From assembly GCA_002269645.1 (NCBI GenBank), contig NIVC01001061.1, forward strand, positions 186,001 to 250,000: DNA of 64,000 nucleotides, in the 5' to 3' direction. Positions within the stretch are counted from its first letter, which is position 1; each line of letters starts with the position of its first letter. This stretch comes from Macrostomum lignano. Lineage: Eukaryota. Under the pieces are notes generated by a model that was given only the letters and a program-made list of their open reading frames with translations, searched no databases and was not told where the DNA came from. The position numbers and the translations under genes were made by a program. Positions 54,282 to 64,000 of this stretch are shown piece after piece.

Positions 54282-55689
54282 CTGGCTCCCTTGCACTAGT
54301 TCTTATTTGTTTGTTGAAACTTGAAAGCTAGTAGTTATAGAGATCCACAATCCGCGACGGAATTATTTCAGTCAGTTGCATTTTAGTCTTATATGCAGAA
54401 GTAACTACACATGGTGAAGAAATCAGTGGTATACAATCAATCCATGCAGTTAGTAGTTACTTATTTACTTAAAAGTATAAAAAACATCTCCAAATCACAA
54501 AATAGCGTAAGATAGGTCACTTTCCACCTATTACCTACCCTACCCAACTCAATTACCTAGACCTAGAGCTACTCCTAAATTAGTTCTACCCATTAAAAAA
54601 ATTATTTGGGGGAAATAAACTACAATGCTAGAAATCTTCAATCTAGGAAAATAATTTTCACGAGCACTTTAGGAATAATTGATTGCTCCTTTGCCTTTGA
54701 GATTTGACTTGCTTTTTAGACTAATCCACTACTAATGGTAGCTAATCTACAACAGTTACAAATATATTCAAGATATGAGTAGAAAGGCAATTTTCTAAAT
54801 AGAATCCTCGTGCCGAGCCCGTAATGTTACTTTTGCCTCTTCCGTTTCTCTTCCTACCTTAATTCTTGCAGATGCCACCTGCTCTAAAAGCGTGCCGTTT
54901 CTCTTCCTGCCTTGAATCTTGCAAATTTGAATTCAGCCTTTAACTTTTTCTTGTGTCTTTTCTCAATATTTATTTTCGCTCCTATTTTTTAATTAAGTAA
55001 TCTTTTTTGCATGCTGAAATTAGGTGCAAACATTGCAGTCTTTACTTTTTCATGTTCTATAGTTTTGTATACTTGGGTGTTATATATATATTTCATAATG
55101 CCAATAATAAAACATACTATGGGTGCGACTTGAAACAGAACGGTAAAAAATACCGTTAATTCAGTCAAATGTAGTGAAGAAACATATAATTAAGAGTATA
55201 TTTTAATCTTCGCGTTCTGTGTTCCATTACTTAATTACTATTTAAGAAAAATTAAACTGTAAATTGCTTGCCCGAAGAAGTTAAGTGGTGAGAAAAATAT
55301 GCACCAATGGTTTGTGGCTTAAAATCTAATTAGAACCTGACGATTATATTACTATACGAGCTAATTAAGCTGTTTTAGGACGTTAATCTCCTGCGTAGAT
55401 AATACGTACATTATTCGTAAAATCAGATACGTAGATTTAAAGCATTTTCACGCGACACTTTCAACGTGAAATCTACGTAAAATATCTACGTATATTCTAC
55501 CAAAGTTTTGTTGATATTTAACGTAATTTTAACGTAAATTTTGCGTAACTTTTCCAGTTGGGTGAATAAATGGCCAAGCTTTCGTCTCTGAGTGGATGAT
55601 TCGAAATGAGTTACGAACAGATGAGAACGAAAAATTACATTTAGTGACTTAGCAATGAGCTTGGGAAAGAGGTGTAGCTTATTTTATTG

Positions 55690-55950
55690 AGCACCAGAGG
55701 CGCCAGCACCAGAGGCGCCAGCACCAGAGGCGCCAGCACCAGAGGCGCCAGCACCAGAGGCGCCAGCACCAGAGGCGCCAGCACCAGAGGCGCCAGCACC
55801 AGAGGCGCCAGCACCAGAGGCGCCAGCACCAGAGGCGCCAGCACCAGAGGCGCCAGCACCAGAGGCGCCAGCACCAGAGGCGCCAGCACCAGAGGCGCCA
55901 GCACCAGAGGCGCCAGCACCAGAGGCGCCAGCACCAGAGGCGCCAGCGAT
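55690..55950. repeat. 15-bp perfect tandem repeat (GCACCAGAGGCGCCA)n
   Basis: About 17 units. Confidence 0.95.
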
Positions 55951-56073
55951 AGCCCCAGCAGAGCGGCCGTGTCCCACATCCCGGACAACCTTTAATTTTA
56001 CGGATGGTAGAAATACAATTTCCTAACCATCCTTCTACCCTTTGTGGCGATGCGTGGAGAGTAATAGCTGGAC

Positions 56074-56488
56074 ATCAAAGCCAGCCTATGCCTGCCTACA
56101 AGCGCCTGCTATAGCTGGAGCCATTCATGCGAGCCAAGATCATTGAGCAGTGTAGAGTTGCCGGTCAAGCGACTTTCGCGGAAACTGGACCGCCGAACTC
56201 GGGATAGTTAGCTAATTAATATAATGCTAGCACCCAGTGGGAGTTACCATGCTTCATCTCATTTAGAAAGTTACTAATGCGATCGCACGTTCGACTGAAT
56301 GACAATATCGGTAATGATAGGCAGATCACAGTTTGGCCAAGGTGTGCCGTGCTCTACTAGCTGAGCCTCGTGCACACTACTTCAAAAAGAGAAACAACGC
56401 ATCAAATTACTTCACCATTCGATGAAATCAGCTGCGCTGTATCAGTGGGAGGCTGCAGGAAGATGTTTTACAGTAGAAGTTTAGTTTT

Positions 56489-56521
<33 letters not shown>

Positions 56522-57521
56522 CAGCGCACAATCACACAGGGTGTACAGCGGCCCTGACTTTCCCTAGTGTGCACCACAGAATATATACGGCAGAGAAGAA
56601 TCCGGACCTTCACCTGAAGGAATCGTTAAACATCTTGACATTCTCGAATGTTGCCGACTGGGAACTTGCCATGCAGACTTTTTGTTCCATCAGTCTCGAA
56701 CGAGCTGCCGCAAATGGGATTTCTGAAAAGACATTATCTCGGCACTCGTCCCTGTTTTCGCCACGGGGCCGGGGATTAAGGAGCTTAAGGGGTGGGCGGG
56801 CTACGCCACGTTGAAGCTCGACGGCTCAAAGATGAAAGCGACTCAAAGGAAGGCGGACATGGCAAAGGAGAGGAGAAGATCAAAGACGTCTCTGCTGAAC
56901 CCCCCCTCCGAGCGCAGCCCGCTGGCCAAAGGCTCCGCTGTTTTCCTTTGATGCCTGCCTGCATAGTTAATTATGGTCGCGAGCCGCCTTTGTGCCTCAC
57001 TGGCAGCAGCGGCACACAGAGGGGCTTCCTTTGCCGGCTGGGGTCCCCGGCGTCTGTGCCAGGCACGGCATCGACTGCATGACGAATTGGAAAAGCAACA
57101 TCGAAGGTGAATCGGGGTGGAGCCGTCTCCTGACCGAACCAGCCGAACCCAGTTCTGTCGTCTCTACTCTTCATCGAGTTCCAGTTGAAGAGCAGAAGCA
57201 GCTGAAGCTGAACAATTCTTTCTCTTAGTCGAAAATTTGAAAGTTCAACAAACAAGCTGGACGAAAACCCTGATACAATATCGCCATGAAGGCGGCATTA
57301 TTTTGCAAGAATTTTAGGCTGCAAAATGGAAATATTCTCGGCGCGCCTGCAGCAGCCAATGGGAAGCGGGTTCCCCACTCGCCCCCACCCCGACGTCCGC
57401 CCGTAAGGTTGCTGTTGCCAATGGCGAATTACAGACTGACTGAAGGGAGACCCCTGAGCAGCAGGTCTCTTCCGCCGGTGCGGAGCGGGGTGGGCGGCCC
57501 GCAGGGACTCCGGCTTTGATG
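56074..57521. promoter_or_regulatory. Cluster of consensus TCF/LEF binding sites upstream of the TCF gene
   Basis: ATCAAAG 56074-56080, AGATCAAAG 56877-56885, CCTTTGATG 56945-56953 and CTTTGATG 57514-57521. Function is inferred. Confidence 0.5.
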
Positions 57522-57976
57522 CTAAAAAAGATAATTTCAACCCTCCCTCCTTCCTCAAAACGGCCGAATCCCCGAAATCCCCTTTCATTCCGAGGCGAAT
57601 GCAACCCTGCACCGTCTCTGTGCGCGACTTTTATCTTTTTGAATCGTTTGAAGGGACAAAGGCGCGTTTCATTTTCTAGCCCTGGCCTTCTGTAACCAAA
57701 GTCAATAGGACGTAGCATACAGGATAAAATAAAAGGATCGCCCTCCCCTCTCAGCGCCGTCCAACCCTCCGCCAGATCAAACGGCGGTAATCAAATTTCA
57801 CAAAAGCGGGAATTAGAAGCAGAAAGAATCAGAAGAAAAAGAAGACGCTCTAGAGACAGAAGAGCACACAGGAGAGACGGAAAGTTGACAAAAGAAGCAG
57901 ACGACAGAGAGAAAGACAGAGGGGCAAAAGGGCAAAAGCGAGTGAATAAAAGCAAAAAGCGGCGCAAAGCAAGGCA

Positions 57977-60077
57977 ATGTCCGGCTACGAGCATCAAGTG
58001 CAGGACTCGCACGGTGAGAGCGATGCGGCAGCCTCTGTGTATTCAGTCTGGTCCCTCTTTGAAAGCGCTGCTCCTTTGTCCCCCCTCCCCACGAACGTCA
58101 AACCCCCCCCCCCCTATTTATGCATGTCTATAGGCCTTGACTCCCTTCAGGCTCTGCATTTTTTGCTGATAAATAGCAGACAAATTTCACCAGAGGCTCC
58201 TCTGCAGTCCGCAAATCCCACGCGCTTGCAGGCTACGGCCGGCCCGTCTACAACAGCCTGCAGCACTGCAGCTCAGCGTCCGCGGCAGCCGCTGCGGAGT
58301 CTCTGCTGGCTCCGCAACCGCCGCCGCCGCCACCTTCATCGCTGCCGCCGAGTGCCGCAGCAGCTGCCGCATTCTACGGCAGCAGCCCGGTGGACTTTGG
58401 CAGCTGCTGGGCCGCCGGTGGCAACGGCGGCGGCAGCGGCGGCGGCATGGTGGACCACTCGGCTGCGGCGGCGGCGGCAGCTGCGGCCGCTGCTGCTGCG
58501 TACTCGGCCAGCAGCAGCGTTGGCAGCGGCAGCAGATTCGGGATGGTCAGCGGTGGCAGCAATGGCGCAGTCGGATACGGAAGCTTTCATCACCATGCGA
58601 TGTACACAACGCCGCCGCCGCCGCAGCAGCAGCAGCAGCCGCGAGCTATGCAGCATCATCAATACCACACCGGCCTTCCTGTCCAGCATCAGCTGGGCGG
58701 CAGCTGCGACGCCTACGAAGCCGCCATAGGCGGTGCAGCCTCTTCGTCTGCAATGGGCAGCAGAGGCGGTCAATCCGGAGGCCTCGCCGGCGTCAGCAAG
58801 ATGCCAAGCGGCAGCGGCGGTGCCAGCGGCAACAGCGGCGGCATCAAGAAGGTGCCGCACGTCAAGAAGCCACTGAACGCATTCATGCTGTTCATGAAGG
58901 AGATGCGAGCCAAGGTGGTGGCTGAGTGCACTCTCAAGGAGTCGGCGGCTATCAACCAGATTCTGGGACGGAAGGTGAGGGCTGTGCCAGCAATTGCAGC
59001 AGACTGAATGACATGCATTGCGCAAAATTAATAGCAGTTGAGCAAGACGGGGGTCTGAATACGCTCATACTTACTAAAGAGGTGTCTAAACACTCACTAA
59101 ACAGGTGTCTAAACACTCACTAAACAGGTGTCTAAACACTTACTAAACAGGTGTCTAAACACTCACTAAACAGGTGTCTAAACACTCACTAAACAGGTGT
59201 CTAAACACTCACTAAACAGGTGTATAAACACTCACTAAACAGGTGTCTAAACACTCACTAAACAGGTGTCTAAACACTCACTAAACAGGTGTCTAAACAC
59301 TTACTAAACAGGTGTCTAAACACTCACTAAACAGGTGTCTAAACACTCACTAAACAGGTGTCTAAACACTCACTAAACAGGGGTTTAAACACTCAGTAGA
59401 CAGGTGTCTAAAACACTCACTAGACAGGTGTCTAAACACTCACTAAACAGGTGTCTAAACACTCACTAAACACGTGTCTAAACACTCACTAAACAGGTGT
59501 ATAAACACTCACTAAACAGGTGTCTAAACACTCACTAAACAGGTGTCTAAACACTCACTAAACAGGTGTCTAAACACTCACTAAACAGGGGTTTAAACAC
59601 TCAGTAGACAGGTGTCTAAAACACTCACTAGACAGGTGTCTAAACACTCACTAAACAGGTGTCTAAACACTCACTAAACAGGTGTCCAAACACTCACTAA
59701 ACAGGGGTTTAAACACTCAGTAGACAGGTGTCTAAAACACTCACTAGACAGGTGTCTAAACACTCACTAAACAGGTGTCTAAACACTCACTAAACAGGTG
59801 ACTAAACAATCACTATGCAGTTGCCTGAATAAATGCCAAAAGACAGGCATATACTCTAATTCCTCCCCAACAACCCGCAGTGGCACGCTCTGTCCAGAGA
59901 CGAGCAGGCCAGATACTACGAGCTGGCCCGCAAAGAGAAGGAGCTTCACATGCGGATGCACCCCGGCTGGAGCGCCAGAGACAACTACGCGGCCCAGTTG
60001 GCTGCCAAGAAGAAGGCGACAAAAAAGAGGCGGCCGACTTCGGGGGAGCTGCTTTTGCAGCAGCAACAGCAACAGCG

Positions 60078-60133
<56 letters not shown>

Positions 60134-61155
60134 GGCTCCAGCATGACTCAGAGACGGTGCGGAAGGCAATGATCGGTAATTCCATTGACACCGCAGCCGC
60201 TGTGGCCAGCTTTGCTGACATGGCCGGGTACGCCAGCTACCTGAGTGGTCACGTGAAAACCGAATACCGAATGAGCGGGTGAGCGAACCAAACTACAGTA
60301 GGCAGATTGCAGATTCTCTACCAAACTACAGTAGGCGGATTGCAGATTCTCTACCAAACTACAGTAGGCGGATTGCAGATTCTCTACCAAACTACAGTAG
60401 GCGGATTGCAGATTCTCTACCAAACTACAGTAGGCGGATTGCAGATTCTCTACCAAACTACAGTAGGCGGATTGCAGATTCTCTACCAAACTACAGTAGG
60501 CGGATGGCAGATTCTCTACCAAACTACAGTAGGCGGATGGCAGATTCTCTACCAAACTACAGTAGGCGGATTGCAGATTCTCTACCAAACTACAGTAGGC
60601 AGATTGCAGATTCTCTACCAAACTACAGTAGACATTAGTCATTGGTTATAGCCGTCAGACTCACGACTTGAAGGTCGGGGTTCGATTCTATCCCACTGGA
60701 ATAATTTGTGTCCTTGAGCAACGCGCTAAACTCTGCATTGCTTCAGTTCACCCAGCTGTAAAATGGGTGCCAGCATTAGCTGGGGTAATTGAGGGTGTGT
60801 GGCGACCCCCCAGTCCATGGACTGAACAGCCGTACTCTGCCTTCAGATGCGCCGCGCAATAGCTGCGGCTGAGCTGTCGCTGCACATCTGGCCCAATTGG
60901 GGCAGGTGCAATCAGTTATTAATTATTGTTATTACAGTAGACAGATTTCAGCTTCTCCAACAAACTACATTTATGGCTTCTCTAACATTCAGAATGAATG
61001 CTTCAGTCAACTCGCCTTTTTACAGGAGTGACGACGTGTCAGGTCGCTCATCTCAATTCGAAACGTATTCGGGACTCACGCAGCCGCAACAACAGCAGCA
61101 GCAGCAGCAGCAGCAGCAACAAGAGGAAGCTGCAACCTTCACCGAGCTGGCTTAA
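57977..61155 (+). CDS. TCF: TCF/LEF (pangolin-family) HMG-box transcription factor, ~446 aa
   Basis: Exons 57977-58013, 58232-58974 (..[40 protein letters not shown]), 59881-60278 ([36 protein letters not shown] + basic tail + polyQ) and 60993-61155. Phase-compatible GT-AG junctions; the HMG box is unmistakably TCF/LEF; terminal exons are less certain. Confidence 0.93.
59078..59805. repeat. 23-bp tandem repeat (AGGTGTCTAAACACTCACTAAAC)n in the intron splitting the HMG box
   Basis: About 31 units. Confidence 0.96.
60288..60632. repeat. 33-bp tandem repeat (ACCAAACTACAGTAGGCGGATTGCAGATTCTCT)n, intronic
   Basis: About 10 units starting just after the donor at 60279. Confidence 0.95.
60640..60870 (+). 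mobile_element. CORE-type SINE fragment
   Basis: B box GGTTCGATTCT (60679-60689), then TGTGTCCTTGAGCAA..CTAAACTCT..CAGTT..CTGTAAAATGGG (60707-60767), resembling the MIR/CORE domain TGTGACCTTGGGCAAG..CAGTTTCCTCATCTGTAAAATGGG. Confidence 0.7.
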
Positions 61156-61403
61156 GAGCTCACTGAACACATTCGAACTGAGAGACATTCACTGCAATGA
61201 TTTATGACCCATACCCGAAGAACAAATGCCTATGTGTATAATAGCTACAGAGCTTTGGCCCTGTCACAAAATACCACCAACCCGTGTGCTGTGCTGTTGT
61301 CTCTTTCTGATTTTGTCGATCAGCACAAAATCCTGACGCTGTTGTCAGTCAAGAAGAGAATTTCAAAGCAGATTTTTAATGGAATTCTTCATTTGACTGA
61401 CTT

Positions 61404-61936
61404 TATGGCCGAGTGCAGTTCTGCAAGAGTGGCTGCTGCTGCAGTGAATGGGGATTCCCCACTTGATTGGCTTTGTTGTCTATGGCCGAGTGCAGTTCTG
61501 CAACAGTGGCTGCTGCTGCAGTGAATGGGGATTCCCCACTTGATTGGCTTTATTGTCTATGGCCGAGTGCAGTTCTGCAACAGTGGCTGCTGCTGCAGTG
61601 AATGGGGATTCCCCACTTGATTGGCTTTATTGTCTATGGCCGAGTGCAGTTCTGCAACAGTGGCTGCTGCTGCAGTGAATGGGGATTCCCCACTTGATTG
61701 GCTTTATTGTCTATGGCCGAGTGCAGTTCTGCAACAGTGGCTGCTGCTGCAGTGAATGGGGATTCCCCACTTGATTGGCTTTATTGTCTATGGCCGAGTG
61801 CAGTTCTGCAACAGTGGCTGCTGCTGCAGTGAATGGGGATTCCCCACTTGATTGGCTTTATTGTCTATGGCCGAGTGCAGTTCTGCAACAGTGGCTGCTG
61901 CTGCAGTGAATGGGGATTCCCCACTTGATTGGCTTT
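61404..61936. repeat. 77-bp tandem repeat x7 downstream of TCF
   Basis: Units start at 61404, 61481 and so on; each has the palindrome TGGGGATTCCCCA and TGATTGGCT. Confidence 0.96.
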
Positions 61937-62257
61937 AATTATCAACCTGGCCGACAGAAACAACAATACTACTATTCCTAGTAATATTCTCGACACGAAA
62001 TTTCCCTATATAGTTTGCACAAAGCTCGCACAAAAGCATGGATGTTGTTACTCGCTGTTAATCTTTATGTATTAATGATAACAATAAAAACAATGATAAT
62101 CTCTAATACTCTCCCACAATACTACTTCCACGAAGTAGTTTATCGAAAAAATGAGTAAATATAACTGACAAATAAAAAAACTTCAGGAATGATTTTTCTA
62201 GCAATTTATGCTAGATAAAGTTACTCTCAGAATGTTCCTGCATAGCACAAAAAGATC

Positions 62258-63701
62258 ACACTGAGGGATATTGTGGAGAGGACAACAGCTGAGGGATATT
62301 GGGGATGAGGCAGCAGCTCACACTGAGGGATATTGGGGATGAGGCAGCAGCTCACACTGAGGGATATTGAGGATGAGGCAGCAGCTCACACTGAGGGATA
62401 CTGGGGATGAGGCAGCAGCTCACACTGAGGGATATTGGGGATGAGGCAGCAGCTCACACTGAGGGATATTGGGGATGAGGCAGCAGCTCACACTGAGGGA
62501 TACTGGGGGTGAGGCAGCAGCTCACACTGAGGGATATTGGGGATGAGGCAGTAGCTCACACTGAGGGATATTGGGGATGAGGCAGCAGCTCACACTGAGG
62601 GATATTGGGGATGAGGCAGCAGCTCACACTGAGGGATATTGGGGATGAGGCAGCAGCTCACACTGAGGGATATTGGGGATGAGGCAGCAGCTCACACTGA
62701 GGGATATTGGGGATGAGGCAGCAGCTCACACTGAGGGATATTGGGGATGAGGCAGCAGCTCACACTGAGGGATACTGGGGGTGAGGCAGCAGCTCACACT
62801 GAGGGATACTGGGGGTGAGGCAGCAGCTCACACTGAGGGATATTGGGGATGAGGCAGTAGCTCACACTGAGGGATATTGGGGATGAGGCAGCAGCTCACA
62901 CTGAGGGATATTGGGGATGAGGCAGCAGCTCACACTGAGGGATATTGGGGATGAGGCAGCAGCTCACACTGAGGGATACTGGGGATGAGGCAGCAGCTCA
63001 CACTGAGGGATATTGGGAATGAGGCAGCAGCTCACACTGAGGGATATTGGGGATGAGGCAGCAGCTCACACTGAGGGATATTGGGGATGAGGCAGCAGCT
63101 CACACTGAGGGATACTGGGGATGAGGCAGCAGCTCACACTGAGGGATATTGGGGATGAGGCAGCAGCTCACACTGAGGGATATTGGGGATGAGGCAGCAG
63201 CTCACACTGAGGGATACTGGGGATGAGGCAGCAGCTCACACTGAGGGATACTGGGGATGAGGCAGCAGCTCACACTGAGGGATACTGGGGATGAGGCAGC
63301 AGCTCACACTGAGGGATACTGGGGGTGAGGCAGCAGCTCACACTGAGGGATATTGGGGATGAGGCAGCAGCTCACACTGAGGGATATTGGGGATGAGGCA
63401 GCAGCTCACACTGAGGGATATTGGGGATGAGGCAGCAGCTCACACTGAGGGATATTGGGGATGAGGCAGCAGCTCACACTGAGGGATATTGGGGATGAGG
63501 CAGCAGCTCACACTGAGGGATATTGGGGATGAGGCAGCAGCTCACACTGAGGGATATTGGGGATGAGGCAGCAGCTCACACTGAGGGATACTGGGGATGA
63601 GGCAGCAGCTCACACTGAGGGATATTGGGGATGAGGCAGCAGCTCACACTGAGGGATATTGGGGATGAGGCAGCAGCTCACACTGAGGGATATTGGGGAT
63701 G
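62258..63701. repeat. 34-bp tandem repeat (CACACTGAGGGATATTGGGGATGAGGCAGCAGCT)n
   Basis: About 42 units. Confidence 0.97.
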
Positions 63702-63940
63702 AAACAGAAACAGAAATTTGCAATCAAGCAGAAAAGAACCAAGATGCTAAACAACAGAGTTTACTATCAACGAATACTTTTGTCGGCAGCAAAATGCAAT
63801 TATCTTGTCCGAGAGAAACAGATGTTTTTTGAGGACTCATTTACCGCCAATGATTGTGGCTCAAATTTATTTGACACAGACAGCCTGCTAAATGTGTGCG
63901 CTCGAAACATCAATCAGTCTGAGTCGTACTCAACTGTCAC

Positions 63941-64000
63941 CTTTGCTCGCTTCCTCGGCGGCGCGATGGCAGCCGCTCCTCTACTGCTGAGGGTCAGTTT
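63941..64000 (-). CDS. Possible 3' exon of a neighbouring gene entering from the right edge
   Basis: Reads KLTLSSRGAAAIAPPRKRAK followed by a GTGACAG donor-like site; GC-rich like other exons; no homology support. Confidence 0.3.

Larger units (their letters stand above)
48779..55562 (+). mobile_element. Apparently intact CACTA/EnSpm (CMC) DNA transposon, 6784 bp
   Basis: TGA|CCCAATTGGAAAG ... CTTTTCCAGTTGGG|TGA gives a short TIR plus a 3-bp TGA duplication. Clustered TACGTA/AACGTA subterminal motifs occur at both ends, and two internal genes are present. Confidence 0.88.

Noticed and set aside
55641-55995. (STRGA)n / (GASGA)n ORFs
   Set aside because: A perfect 15-bp repeat open in several frames, with no splice or start context.
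56569-56814. AAANGISEKTLSRH / RSLRGGRAT resembling tyrosine-recombinase motifs of DIRS elements
   Set aside because: The motif order is wrong and no RT/RNaseH is nearby; too weak to call.
61404-63701. CRISPR-like regular repeats (also other 30-40-bp arrays)
   Set aside because: Units are head-to-tail with no unique spacers, there are no cas genes, and the context is eukaryotic.

Overview
Eukaryotic (animal) genomic DNA, not prokaryotic. It has GT-AG spliced genes with GC-rich, poly-Ala/Gln exons and introns largely filled by locus-specific tandem repeats. This resembles a repeat-rich invertebrate such as the flatworm Macrostomum (organism is inference). Genes reconstructed by hand: a WAP + sushi/CCP (LEV-9-like) gene (-, runs off the left edge); a PAN + partial C-type-lectin ORF (+); a signal-peptide/Cys-rich/mucin/GPI-type surface protein (-); a C6orf118/TSNAXIP1_N-like coiled-coil gene (-); an 11-exon GH35 beta-galactosidase (-, 22974-47155, one apparent frameshift); and a TCF/LEF HMG-box gene (+). 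Mobile DNA: an apparently intact 6.8-kb CACTA/EnSpm (CMC) transposon with TIRs and a TGA target duplication, a deleted mariner, a decayed Chapaev, tRNA-derived SINEs, a CORE-SINE and two related MITEs. The most striking signal is in the AT-rich block of beta-gal intron 1 (~38.0-47.7 kb). A SINE copy there differs from its sister copy by about 45 C>T/G>A changes on both strands against about 7 other substitutions, half of them outside CpG and mostly at CpA. This is a RIP-like or non-CpG-methylation-driven hypermutation signature. All counts are manual.
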